NCBI GenBank assembly: GCA_965652295.1
Contig: CBFGTS010000006.1
Coordinates: 1 to 64,000, forward strand
Reading direction: 5' to 3'
Source of the DNA: an uncultured Haloferula sp.
GTDB taxonomy: Bacteria > Verrucomicrobiota > Verrucomicrobiia > Verrucomicrobiales > Akkermansiaceae
Length of the DNA stretch: 64,000 bases
Under the pieces are notes generated by a model that saw only the letters and a list, made by a program, of their open reading frames with translations, searched no databases and was not told the DNA's origin. The position numbers and the translations under genes are program-made. Every line of letters begins with the position of its first letter. Position 1 is the first letter of the stretch. Positions 27,611 to 38,390 of this stretch are shown here, piece by piece.

Positions 27611-27760
27611 CCCCGCGAAGCCCGCCCCTCCCATTCCCCCGGGCCCGCCTCACCCTCCCCGATTTTCCTCCGATTCCGCATTCGACAACCCGCCGGACCC
27701 GCCCCTACCTTTCCGCGCCGCGCGCACAGGACCCGCCTTCGTGCGCGGCCGACCTGTCCC

Positions 27761-28900
27761 ATGAAAGCCATTCTCGCCCTAGAAGACGGCCGTCTCTTCC
27801 ACGGCCGCGCATTCGGTCAGCCCGGCACCTCCACCGGTGAAATCTGCTTCAACACCTCGATGACCGGTTATCAGGAGGTCATCACCGATCCGTCCTACCG
27901 CGGGCAGATCGTCACCATGACCTACCCGCAGATCGGCAACTACGGCATCAACCCCGACGACGCCGAGTCCGCCTCGCCGCACGTCCGCGGCTTTGTCATC
28001 GGCGAGCTTTCCCCGGTGGCCTCCAACTACCGCTCGCGCCAGACGCTGGCCGAGTATTTCACCGAGCACGGCATCCTCGGCATCGAGTGGGTCGATACCC
28101 GCGCGCTCACCAAGCACCTGCGCTCCTCCGGGGCCATGCGCGCCTGCCTGACCACCGAGCTTTCGGAAAACGAAGCCATCGAGGCCGCGAAAAACTCCGC
28201 TCCGATGGAGGGCGCGGATTTCGTCAAGGAAGTCTCCACCGCCGAGGGCTACTCGTGGGAGCAGGACAGCCGCCGCTTCACCCTGCCCAACACCATCACC
28301 GGCCAGGAGGGCAATTGGGCCGAGCTGCCGCCGATCAAGCACCGCATCGTCGCCTACGACTTCGGCATCAAATACAACATCCTGCGCCGCCTCCGGCAGT
28401 CCGGCTTCGACGTCCAGGTCGTCAACGCCCGCACCAAGGCGTCCGACGTGCTTTCCCTGAATCCCGACGGCATCTTCCTCTCCAACGGCCCCGGCGACCC
28501 CGCCGCGCTCGGCTACATCCACGAGGAAATCAAGCAACTCATCGGCAAAAAGCCCATCTTCGGCATCTGCCTCGGCAACCAGATCCTCGGCCACGTTTTC
28601 GGCGGCAAGACCTTCAAGTTGAAGTTCGGCCACCGCGGCGGCAACCAGCCCGTCAAGGACCTGCGCAGCGGCAGGATCTCCATCACCTCGCAGAACCATG
28701 GTTTCGCCGTCGATGGTGAGAACCTGCCGTCGAACGTCGAGGTCACCCACCTCAACCTCAACGACGACACCGTCGAGGGCATCCGCCACAAGGACCACCC
28801 CGTCTTCAGCGTCCAGTACCACCCCGAAGCCGCCCCCGGCCCCAACGACGCCACCTACTTCTTCGACGAGTTCGCGGCGTTGATCGACTCGACGAAGTAG
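27761..28900 (+). CDS. carA: Carbamoyl-phosphate synthase small subunit
   Basis: Motifs FNTSMTGYQE, SNGPGDP, GICLG and QYHPEA. Confidence 0.98.
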   Translation: MKAILALEDGRLFHGRAFGQPGTSTGEICFNTSMTGYQEVITDPSYRGQIVTMTYPQIGNYGINPDDAESASPHVRGFVIGELSPVASNYRSRQTLAEYFTEHGILGIEWVDTRALTKHLRSSGAMRACLTTELSENEAIEAAKNSAPMEGADFVKEVSTAEGYSWEQDSRRFTLPNTITGQEGNWAELPPIKHRIVAYDFGIKYNILRRLRQSGFDVQVVNARTKASDVLSLNPDGIFLSNGPGDPAALGYIHEEIKQLIGKKPIFGICLGNQILGHVFGGKTFKLKFGHRGGNQPVKDLRSGRISITSQNHGFAVDGENLPSNVEVTHLNLNDDTVEGIRHKDHPVFSVQYHPEAAPGPNDATYFFDEFAALIDSTK

Positions 28901-28904
28901 AAAA

Positions 28905-28934
28905 AACCGCGAATGGACGCGAATGGACGCGAAT
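28905..28934 (+). repeat. Left inverted arm of the GxxExxY cassette (10-mer x3)
   Basis: AACCGC-GAATGGACGC-GAATGGACGC-GAAT. Confidence 0.9.
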
Positions 28935-29308
28935 TGATTCTGAGAGACGAGGCGCACGCCATCGTCGGTTGCGCCATGGAAATCCACAACGGACTGGGCC
29001 ATGGGTTGAACGAAAAGCCCTACGAAAATGCCCTCACCGTTGAATTCAACCATCGCGGTATTCCCTACGTCCAACAACCTCGCTACCCCGTCCTTTGGCA
29101 CGACGTCAAAGTCGAGGAGTTCATTCCCGACCTGATTGCCTTCGGCCAGATCATCGTGGACACCAAGACCATCGAGAAGATCACCGATCACGAACGCGGC
29201 CAAATGCTCAACTACTTGCGCATCACCGGCTTGCCGCTGGGACTCCTCATCAATTTCAAACATCGCCGTATCCAATGGGAGCGCATCGTTCTCTCTCGAA
29301 CGTCGTGA
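28913..29308 (+). CDS. GxxExxY protein (PD-(D/E)XK nuclease-like fold)
   Basis: GLNEKPY motif, PDLI..IIVDTK and QMLNYL..GLLINF. Confidence 0.93.
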   Translation: MDANGRELILRDEAHAIVGCAMEIHNGLGHGLNEKPYENALTVEFNHRGIPYVQQPRYPVLWHDVKVEEFIPDLIAFGQIIVDTKTIEKITDHERGQMLNYLRITGLPLGLLINFKHRRIQWERIVLSRTS

Positions 29309-29320
29309 ACTCCCAAACCC

Positions 29321-29350
29321 ATTCGCGTTCATTCGCGTCCATTCGCGGTT
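29321..29350 (-). repeat. Right inverted arm of the GxxExxY cassette
   Basis: ATTCGCGTTC-ATTCGCGTCC-ATTCGCGGTT, a 29/30 reverse complement of 28905-28934. Confidence 0.9.
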
Positions 29351-29358
29351 AAACATTC

Positions 29359-30627
29359 ATGAACACCATCGTCACCGGTCTCCAATGGGGAGACGAAGGC
29401 AAGGGCAAGATCGTCGATTACCTCACCGAATCCGCCGACGTCGTCGTCCGCGGCCAGGGAGGAAACAACGCGGGCCACACGGTCATCGCCCGCGGCACGA
29501 AATACGTCCTCCACCTCCTCCCCTCCGGCATCCTCTGGGATGGCAAAACCAACGTCATCGGCAACGGAGTCGTGCTTGATCCCATCGGCCTCGTCGCCGA
29601 AATCGAACGCGTCGAGGCCCAAGGCGTTTCGATCACCCCGGAAAAGCTTCTCATCTCCGACCGCGCCCACGTCGTCCTGCCCCTCCACAAGGAACTCGAC
29701 GCCGCCCGCGAGGCCGCCCTCGGCGACCGCAAGATCGGCACCACCAAGCGCGGCATCGGCCCGACCTATGCAGATAAGGTGAACCGTTGCGGCCTGCGCG
29801 TCGCCGACCTGCTCGACGAGAAATTCGCGCGCGAGACCATCGCCCTGCGCACCGCAGACGCCAACGATATCCTCAAGCGCTTCGACCTCCCGACCTTCGA
29901 CGCCGGACAACAGGCCGACGAAATTTTCGCGGCCTTCGAGCGGCTCCGTCCGCACGTCTCCAACACCATCCCCGTCCTTCACTCCGCCTGGAAATCCGGC
30001 AAGGACATCCTCTTCGAAGGTGCCCAGGGAACCCTGCTCGACATTGACTTCGGCACCTTCCCCTTCGTCACCTCGTCCAACACCACCGCCGGCGGCTGCT
30101 GCACCGGCACCGGCCTGCCTCCTACCGCGATCGATCAGGTGATCGGCGTTTGCAAAGCCTACACCACCCGCGTCGGCGGCGGACCTTTCCCCACCGTGGA
30201 CGAAGGACTTTCGCAATATCTCCACGATCTCGGCCGTGAGTTCGGAGCCACCACCGGCCGCCCGCGCGGCTGCGGCTGGCTCGATGCCGTCCTGCTCCGC
30301 CAGGGCTGCATGGTCAACGGCACCACCGGCCTCGCCGTCACCAACCTCGACGGCCTCGACAACTACGAGACTCTTCGTATTTGCGCCGCCTATGAGATCG
30401 ACGGCATCCGCCACGACCTCGCCCCGGCCGACCGTCACGCCTGGGACCGCGCCGTGCCGATCTACGAGGAACTTCCCGGTTGGATGAGCGACACCACCGC
30501 CTGCACGAGCTACGAGCAGCTTCCGGAAAACGCCAAGGCCTACCTCACACGCCTGTCCGAACTCTGCGACACTCCGATCCAATTCGTCGGAGTCGGACCG
30601 GACCGCGATCAGACCCTGGTCGTGTGA
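29359..30627 (+). CDS. purA: Adenylosuccinate synthetase
   Basis: Motifs QWGDEGKGK, GGNNAGHT, GTTKRGIGP and GATTGRPR. Confidence 0.98.
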   Translation: MNTIVTGLQWGDEGKGKIVDYLTESADVVVRGQGGNNAGHTVIARGTKYVLHLLPSGILWDGKTNVIGNGVVLDPIGLVAEIERVEAQGVSITPEKLLISDRAHVVLPLHKELDAAREAALGDRKIGTTKRGIGPTYADKVNRCGLRVADLLDEKFARETIALRTADANDILKRFDLPTFDAGQQADEIFAAFERLRPHVSNTIPVLHSAWKSGKDILFEGAQGTLLDIDFGTFPFVTSSNTTAGGCCTGTGLPPTAIDQVIGVCKAYTTRVGGGPFPTVDEGLSQYLHDLGREFGATTGRPRGCGWLDAVLLRQGCMVNGTTGLAVTNLDGLDNYETLRICAAYEIDGIRHDLAPADRHAWDRAVPIYEELPGWMSDTTACTSYEQLPENAKAYLTRLSELCDTPIQFVGVGPDRDQTLVV

Positions 30628-30666
30628 CCAGAGCCGCCGGCCTCGGACTACAACGGTCCGGGGGAG

Positions 30667-30841
30667 TCAGCAACCCGGCGGTCGCGCGGCAACCGCCTTG
30701 CGGCTGCCTGAGGGGGGTACGTGAAGACCGTGTTCCCGTGCGAGGCACGGCACCTCGGGAATGAGAGGTGCCAGCGGACTCGGGGGCAATCCCTCGCATT
30801 CAACACTCGGGTCTTCTTCATGCGCACCGCCAGGTTGCTGA
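30667..30841 (-). ncRNA. Candidate structured non-coding RNA (family not recognised)
   Basis: 20-bp closing stem, nested stems and three hairpins; G-U wobbles and a GCAA tetraloop appear only on the minus strand. Confidence 0.6.
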
Positions 30842-30936
30842 AATTTGCTTTGGATTTGAATGGATGGGAGTTTCTTGATGACGGAGTCCGGAAAGAGCGC
30901 CTCCATGTTAGATACCTTGCTAGTCACAGATTAAAT

Positions 30937-31131
30937 CTATCGTTCGGAATGACTTGAAGGGTCCGAGGACCGCTCCCGCCCTGACTCCTCGGAGCCCAGG
31001 CGGCCGAGGAGGACTTCGACGCCATGCCGGATGGCCATGGCCCCCACTTCCGCTTTATCGAGTCCCAGCTGTTCCGCCAGATCTTCAAGTTTCTCGCCGA
31101 CTTCGTGAGTAATGTGGAGGTTCTTGATCAT
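30937..31131 (-). CDS. Small ribbon-helix-helix-like DNA-binding protein
   Basis: KNLHITHEVGEKLEDLAEQLGLDKAEVGAMAIRHGV shows a beta-alpha-alpha pattern. Confidence 0.6.
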   Translation of the reverse strand: MIKNLHITHEVGEKLEDLAEQLGLDKAEVGAMAIRHGVEVLLGRLGSEESGRERSSDPSSHSER

Positions 31132-31150
31132 CCCAGAATTGCATCCGCAC

Positions 31151-31196
31151 GATTACGCCGGCTTACGTAGTCTTTTTGACTACGGCGCGCAATACG
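31151..31196. promoter_or_regulatory. Putative operator between the divergent RHH genes
   Basis: CGTAGTC-TTTTT-GACTACG at 31166-31184; TACG recurs at 31154, 31164, 31181 and 31193. Confidence 0.55.
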
Positions 31197-31234
31197 GAAT
31201 TGGCGGAAATCCTGTTTTCCTCCACTTTTGCCGG

Positions 31235-31510
31235 GTGAACCCAAAGAAACGTCGAGTTTCCGCCCCCATCCGAATGGACCCTGATCTCTTGGAACACGTG
31301 AAGCTCGCGGCCGAACGGACCGGGCTGGCCCAAGCAGATATCCTGCGGTTGTGTCTGGCGATCGGTTTGGAGGATCTGCGGAAGCTGGACTACAAGATTC
31401 CTTCCGTGCTTTCCGAGGCCGCCGCCCGCCGTCCTCCCTCGTCCACGCGCTACGACGCGACGCCGTTTTCGAAAGACTTGAAGGTCGCGGAGCCCGATCC
31501 GGAAAGCTGA
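31235..31510 (+). CDS. Small ribbon-helix-helix-like DNA-binding protein
   Basis: PIRMDPDLLEHVKLAAERTGLAQADILRLCLAIGL; probable GTG start at VNPKK. Confidence 0.65.
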   Translation: MNPKKRRVSAPIRMDPDLLEHVKLAAERTGLAQADILRLCLAIGLEDLRKLDYKIPSVLSEAAARRPPSSTRYDATPFSKDLKVAEPDPES

Positions 31511-31607
31511 CCGCGGCTCGATCGGCAGTTACGGCATCGCCCCGGCATTGAAGCTTGAACGCCCGGCTGCAAAAGCACCTCCTTTCGCCAGATCCGCCAG
31601 CTCCTGA

Positions 31608-32318
31608 ATGGACTCCGATTCCCACACCCCCGCCCACATCGCCATTATCATGGACGGCAACGGCCGTTGGGCGAAGGAACGCGGGCTGCCGCGGCGCGAT
31701 GGCCACCGGGCCGGAGCCGAATCGGTCCGCGAGTGCGTCGAGGCCTGCAAGCAGCTCGGTGTCCGCTTCCTCACCCTCTACGCCTTTTCCTCGGAAAACT
31801 GGAGCCGACCGCCCGCGGAAATCACCGCGCTGATGGCGCTCTTGGAGCGGTTTCTCGATCAGAAAGCGGAGGAGATGATGAAGCAGGACGTGCGGCTCCA
31901 AGCGATCGGCCAGCTCGACCGTTTGCCTCCCAAAACCCGCAACAAGCTGGACGCCGCCATTTCCCGCACCGCGGACAACAGCTCGCTGACCCTCGTCCTC
32001 GCCCTGTCCTACGGCTCCCGTGAGGAAATCACCGAAGCCGCCCGTTCCATGGTGCGGGACGCGGCGGAAGGGCGTCTCGCGCCGGACGATGTCACCCAGG
32101 ATCTCTTCGCCTCCCGGTTGTTCACCGCCGGTCTCCCCGATCCCGACCTGCTGATCCGCACCTCCGGCGAGCTGCGCGTCTCCAACTTCCTGCTGTGGCA
32201 GATCAGCTACGCGGAAATTGTCATCTTCAAGAAATACTGGCCGGACTTCAAACAGGCGGACCTCTTCGATGCCGTGACGGAATACCGCCGCCGGCACCGC
32301 CGCTTCGGCGGCCTTTGA
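31608..32318 (+). CDS. uppS: Isoprenyl transferase (undecaprenyl diphosphate synthase)
   Basis: Motifs HIAIIMDGNGRWA, YAFSSENW and IRTSGELRVSNFLLWQ. Confidence 0.97.
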   Translation: MDSDSHTPAHIAIIMDGNGRWAKERGLPRRDGHRAGAESVRECVEACKQLGVRFLTLYAFSSENWSRPPAEITALMALLERFLDQKAEEMMKQDVRLQAIGQLDRLPPKTRNKLDAAISRTADNSSLTLVLALSYGSREEITEAARSMVRDAAEGRLAPDDVTQDLFASRLFTAGLPDPDLLIRTSGELRVSNFLLWQISYAEIVIFKKYWPDFKQADLFDAVTEYRRRHRRFGGL

Positions 32319-32445
32319 GCGGGGAAACCTGCGGGTATCCCTACTCCCTCTCAGGGAAATTAGCCCTTTTCATGAGCCTGTTTCATGCCTGCTTGAGTCC
32401 TTGCCTTGTGGGTCCCGGCGCGGCAGCCTTCCTCCGCCCCTGCCC

Positions 32446-33819
<1,374 letters not shown>

Positions 33820-33868
33820 CGCAGTTGTCGCGGTTGCCACCCGGCGGCCGTCCACCCTAGCTTCCGTC

Positions 33869-36421
33869 ATGCGCTCGAAACGCCTCGCGATCCTCCTGTC
33901 GACCGCCGTCCTCGTCGGACGCGCGCTGGCGGCGGGGCCCGAGGAAATCCCCGCCTACCGCCAAGGGATCGACGCGCTCGCGGGCGAACTGTGGAGCGTC
34001 GCCGCCGATCGTTTCGAGGAAGCGCTGGCAACGCCCGAGCTGGAACCGGAGACGAAGCAAACCCTGTTGCTACGGCTTGCCGAGTCCCTGGTTCGCGGCG
34101 ACCAAGGCGCCCGGGCCCTCCAGGTGCTCGCCGATCCGCTGCTCGCCGGATCCCCCGACCGGTCGTTTTGGAGCGGCCAGGCGCAGGTCGCGGCCGGGCG
34201 GTTTGGCGAAGCCATCGAAGAGCTGGCCGGGATACCGGAGAAGAGTCCTTTTTATCAGGAAGCCCAGCTCACCCTGGCTTTGGTGCATCGCGCGCTGGGC
34301 GACCTCGATCACGCCCTCGAAGCCTTCGACCGGCTTGGCCGCGAAAGGAACGCGCCGACCCGGGCCCTGCTGCTCAAGGCGGAGACGCTGCTCGAAGCCG
34401 GCCACGCCGAACGCGCCCTCGCCGCCCTTCCCACCACCGACGGGCTTCCCCAGACCGCCGCCAAACGCGTGCTCCTCCTCCGCGGCGAAGCCCTTCTGGC
34501 ATTGGAAAAGCCCGCCGAAGCCGAAGCGATTTTCGCCCAGCTCGCCTCCGAGCCGGAAGGCCAGAACCTGCGGGATTTTCACCAGGCCTCCATCGATCTC
34601 GCCCGCGCGCGCCTCGCCCAAGGGGCGGTGCAGACCGCAGCGGACGGTCTGCTCGCCTTCATCCAACAGAACCCCGAGTCGCCGCTGCTCGACGAGGCGT
34701 TTTCCACCCTCCTCCGCTGTCTCCCGGCCCAGCCGACACCGAACGATCCGATTCTCGCCCGCCTCCGCGAGTGGGCCCCCGATCCCCTGCCGCGCTCGCC
34801 GGCCCTGCTGCCGAGCGACTCCGGGTCGACGGGGTCGTGGCCGACGCTGCCCGGTTCCAAGTCCGAATCGCTCGGAGCCGAAGCCCTCTATCATCTCGCT
34901 CTCGCCACCCGCCGCCTGGCCGCCCCGGATGCTGCGCTGCAAGCCCGCCGCTTGCTGGTGAGGCTGCGCAAGGAGTTTCCAGGCCACCCACTGGTCGCGC
35001 GGTCCCTGCTCGAACTCGGCCGCTGGGACCTCGATGCGGGCCGCAAGGAACAGGCCGCCGCCCATTTCACCCTGCTGGAGAAACTCGGCAGCAACTCCCC
35101 GAACGAACTCCGCGCCGAAGGCCTCGCCCTCGAAGCCCGCTCCCGGTTCAGCGACGGCGACTTCGCCACCGCCGCCCGGCTTTTCGACCAGGCCTCCGCT
35201 TTGCTTGAAGACGAGCGCCGGCTCGCCGCCCGCCAGAACGCCGCCGTTTCGCTTCTCGCTGCGGGCGAGTTGAAAACCTTCGACGAACTCGCGGAGAAAA
35301 CAGCGGAGCCCGATCTGGCCGCCCACCTGACGCTGGAGCGCGGCATCTATCTCGCGTCAAAGCGCGACCCGGCCGCCTTGCCGACCCTGCTGTCATTCAT
35401 CGGGAATCATCCCGATCATCCGCGGCTCGCCGAAGCCCGCCTCCACGCCGCGCTGGCCGCCGTCAACACGGTGCCCGCCCTCACGGAGGAAGCCGCCAGC
35501 CAACTCGCAGCGATCCCCGAAGAGCAACGCTCGAAGCTGCGCGCCTCCACCCTCGCGGTGGTCGAGATCCGGCTCCACGAGGCCCGGGGCGCCTGGGCCG
35601 CCGCCGCGGCCCGCGCCCAAGAGTTTCTCGACCAGTATCCCGCCGACCCCGCCCGGCCGATGATCCTCTACGAACGCGGACGCGCGCTTTACCAGAACAA
35701 GGATTTCAACGAAGCCGGCATCGTCCTCCGCACGCTCGCCACCGAGTTTCCCGATCACCCGGACACGCCCGCCGCCCTCCTTCTCTCCGCCCGCGCCGCA
35801 GCCGAGGGGGCCACCCCGCAGTCACGGAAGGAGAGCATCGAACTCTTCCAACAGCTCGCCGCCAAGGACTCACCGTTCCAGGATTTCGCGCGGCTCGAAC
35901 TCGCCGATCTCTACATCCTCCGCTCGCAGCTCGATGAGGCCATCGCCTTGCTCGAGCCGTGGTTCCAGCAACTGGAAAAAGCCGACCCCTTGCTGGTCGA
36001 TGTGGGTCTCAAGCTCGGCGAAGCCCTCTACGCACGCGCTCAGGAAAATCCCGCCTACCTTGAGCGTGCCCTCAAGGTTCAAGACCGGCTTCTCTCCCTG
36101 CTGCCCGAAAAGTCCACCTCGCGGCAGGCGATCCTCTATCAAAAAGGTCTCACCCTCGAGCAGTTCGGCGACCGCGACGACGACGCCCTGAGCGCCTACA
36201 TGGAGGTCGTTCAGGAGGCGGCCGAGATGCCGGAGGGAGATTGGAACGCCATCGAACGCTGCGGTTTCAGCGCCCTGCGGATCCTGGAAAAACGCGAGCA
36301 ATGGTCCGCCGCCAAAAAGCTCGCCGAGCGCATCCGCGATCTCAACGGACCCCGCTCCGCCGAAGCCGCCGAACGCGCCAAGAACCTCGGCTTGGAGCAC
36401 ATGATCTGGGACGAGGAATAA
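33869..36421 (+). CDS. Secreted TPR-repeat protein
   Basis: Signal peptide and repeated helical TPR patterns; promoter-like TTGCCA-N18-TAGCTT just upstream. Confidence 0.85.
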   Translation: MRSKRLAILLSTAVLVGRALAAGPEEIPAYRQGIDALAGELWSVAADRFEEALATPELEPETKQTLLLRLAESLVRGDQGARALQVLADPLLAGSPDRSFWSGQAQVAAGRFGEAIEELAGIPEKSPFYQEAQLTLALVHRALGDLDHALEAFDRLGRERNAPTRALLLKAETLLEAGHAERALAALPTTDGLPQTAAKRVLLLRGEALLALEKPAEAEAIFAQLASEPEGQNLRDFHQASIDLARARLAQGAVQTAADGLLAFIQQNPESPLLDEAFSTLLRCLPAQPTPNDPILARLREWAPDPLPRSPALLPSDSGSTGSWPTLPGSKSESLGAEALYHLALATRRLAAPDAALQARRLLVRLRKEFPGHPLVARSLLELGRWDLDAGRKEQAAAHFTLLEKLGSNSPNELRAEGLALEARSRFSDGDFATAARLFDQASALLEDERRLAARQNAAVSLLAAGELKTFDELAEKTAEPDLAAHLTLERGIYLASKRDPAALPTLLSFIGNHPDHPRLAEARLHAALAAVNTVPALTEEAASQLAAIPEEQRSKLRASTLAVVEIRLHEARGAWAAAAARAQEFLDQYPADPARPMILYERGRALYQNKDFNEAGIVLRTLATEFPDHPDTPAALLLSARAAAEGATPQSRKESIELFQQLAAKDSPFQDFARLELADLYILRSQLDEAIALLEPWFQQLEKADPLLVDVGLKLGEALYARAQENPAYLERALKVQDRLLSLLPEKSTSRQAILYQKGLTLEQFGDRDDDALSAYMEVVQEAAEMPEGDWNAIERCGFSALRILEKREQWSAAKKLAERIRDLNGPRSAEAAERAKNLGLEHMIWDEE

Positions 36422-36423
36422 CC

Positions 36424-38013
36424 CTACTTCCCCGTCAATTCATCGATCAGCAGCGGCTCGCCGGTCTGCATCTCCACCACGCCGAAGCCGACTTTCCACT
36501 CCCACCAGCACCACGGGACCCCGAGCTTTTCCGCCGCCTCACGCATCTGCCGCGCATAGCGCTTCCGCGAGTCGGCGTCCGCATTCCGCACGCAGCCGAA
36601 CTCCCCCAGATGCACCGGCCGACCGAAGACCTGCGACCACTCCGCCGCCTTCCGCAGGAGCCGCAAGGGCGAATGAATCGACGAGGGATTCGGATCGGAC
36701 CCGGGATCGCTGTAGGCATCGAACCAATTTCTCAAGCCCTCCTGTTCCGGCGGCGCGGAGGCGGGCTCCAGCGGCGGGCCGGGGAAGCGTACGTCCTTCA
36801 CCTCCTCGTAGCCCACCCACCCCGCCTTCTGATGGGTGAAGGGGAACGGATCGTAGCAATGGAAGCTCACCATCACCCGGTTCTCCTTCTCCGGGATCCA
36901 TAGTAGCCCGAGCTGGTCCGCCACCGCCCAGCGGCCGGGGTTGATGACGATGATCCTCTCCGGATCGATCCCGCGGATCGCCGCGAGCGTCTCCGCGTGC
37001 AACGCGTTCAACCTCTCACCATGGAGCTTCGCCGTCGGCTCATTCAGCAACTCAAGCGCGAGGTCCGGCGACCAATCCTTGAAATGCCCCGCGATCACCT
37101 TCCAGCCCTCGATGAAGCGCGCTTCATGAGCTTCCGGGTTTTCCTCCAACTCGCGGAAGGCATGCCAATCGAGCAGCACCCGCAGCCCGCGATCCAGCGC
37201 ACGGCGCATCACCGGCTCCAGCTCGGAAAGCAACTCGGACGAGATCCCCCCGCCGTCCATCCGGTGATGCCAGCCCACCGGCACGCGGACGTGGTCAAAG
37301 CCCGCATCCGCGATCCGATCGATGTCCTCCGGCCCGTACGGCACCCCCCATGAGCCGACCGGCGCTTCCCAGCAGTTGCCCAGATTCACCCCGCGGCGCA
37401 GCTTCGCAGCAAAGCGATGGGCCGGCGAATCCACCGCGCCTTTCGGCATCACACGAAATCCTTCAGGCACCGCCGCCCGCGCCTTGAACCGTAGCGCGAC
37501 TCGTTGGTCCTTCGTCACCCGCAGCGTCTGGACGAGCGGCCTGCCCAACCACGAGGCGCCTGCTTCCATCCCCTCCAACGGCCATTCCTTTTCATCGGGA
37601 AACGGCATCCAGGGCGAACTCCAACCCTCGATGCCGGTGGCGAAGCTGCCGTTTTCCACCTCACTGCCCGCCGCACTCACATCATCCCACAGCACTTCCT
37701 GCCGCCATACCTCACCCGGCTTCTTCTCCTCCCACGGTCCGATCAAAAACAACTCCACGCCGCCGCCACCCGTCGGGGTGAAACTCAACGTGGCGTCCGT
37801 CCAGCGCCAGTGATCGATGGGAAACGTCAGATCCCGCATCGCACCCTCCGCGCTTCCCGGGTCCATCCACGCACCGCCCACCGTCAGTGCCACGTCCAGC
37901 AGCTCGACTCCTTCAGCAGGCTTCAACTGCAACCTCGCCTGCTCGGCGAGCTTCACGGGAACCTCCGCCGCCCATGCGACCGACACCGTCCAAATCACCA
38001 TTAACCATTTCAC
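36424..38013 (-). CDS. Glycoside hydrolase family 5 (cellulase-like) with an N-terminal CBM-like domain
   Basis: Motifs RGVNLGN, GFDHVRVPV, ELLNEP, HCYDPFPFTHQ and GEFG. Confidence 0.92.
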   Translation of the reverse strand: MKWLMVIWTVSVAWAAEVPVKLAEQARLQLKPAEGVELLDVALTVGGAWMDPGSAEGAMRDLTFPIDHWRWTDATLSFTPTGGGGVELFLIGPWEEKKPGEVWRQEVLWDDVSAAGSEVENGSFATGIEGWSSPWMPFPDEKEWPLEGMEAGASWLGRPLVQTLRVTKDQRVALRFKARAAVPEGFRVMPKGAVDSPAHRFAAKLRRGVNLGNCWEAPVGSWGVPYGPEDIDRIADAGFDHVRVPVGWHHRMDGGGISSELLSELEPVMRRALDRGLRVLLDWHAFRELEENPEAHEARFIEGWKVIAGHFKDWSPDLALELLNEPTAKLHGERLNALHAETLAAIRGIDPERIIVINPGRWAVADQLGLLWIPEKENRVMVSFHCYDPFPFTHQKAGWVGYEEVKDVRFPGPPLEPASAPPEQEGLRNWFDAYSDPGSDPNPSSIHSPLRLLRKAAEWSQVFGRPVHLGEFGCVRNADADSRKRYARQMREAAEKLGVPWCWWEWKVGFGVVEMQTGEPLLIDELTGK

Positions 38014-38074
38014 ACTCCGTCCTTACTCCCCACCGTGCTTGCCGTCACTCCCGGACTTCGCTTGGCTCTGCGGC

Positions 38075-38380
38075 ATGGAACACCACGTCTATTTCTGGCT
38101 GAAAGAAGAGCACCTCAACGAGTCCGACCGCGCCGCGTTCGAAGCCGGGCTCGACACGCTTTTCACCATCCCCGGTTGCACCGGCGGCTTTTGGGGCCGC
38201 CCCGCTCCGGTGATGCCGCGGCCGGTCATCGATTCATCCTGGCACTACGGCACCTCGATGCATTTCCCCGATGTCGAGGCTCAGGACACCTACCAGATCC
38301 ACCCCACCCACACCGCCTTCATCGAGCGCTTCGCCTCGTGGTGGGAAAAAGTCGAGGTCAAGGATCTCGCCAAAGGCTGA
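38075..38380 (+). CDS. Dabb-family (stress-responsive alpha/beta barrel) protein
   Basis: Motifs HHVYFWLK and YQIHPTH. Confidence 0.88.
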   Translation: MEHHVYFWLKEEHLNESDRAAFEAGLDTLFTIPGCTGGFWGRPAPVMPRPVIDSSWHYGTSMHFPDVEAQDTYQIHPTHTAFIERFASWWEKVEVKDLAKG

Positions 38381-38390
38381 GGAGACAAGC

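Noticed and set aside
27779..30582. Long minus-strand ORFs of 525 and 417 aa
   Set aside because: They are antisense shadows of carA, GxxExxY and purA caused by high-GC codon bias, with no motifs.
30667..30841. tRNA, SRP, tmRNA or riboswitch identity for the structured RNA
   Set aside because: There is no T-loop or CCA end, no SRP GGAA-loop domain, no tag reading frame and no aptamer consensus that I recognise.
30667..30927. 86-aa minus-strand ORF over the structured region
   Set aside because: It has no recognisable motif and a Pro-rich composition, and the sequence is better explained by base pairing. A short leader peptide cannot be excluded.
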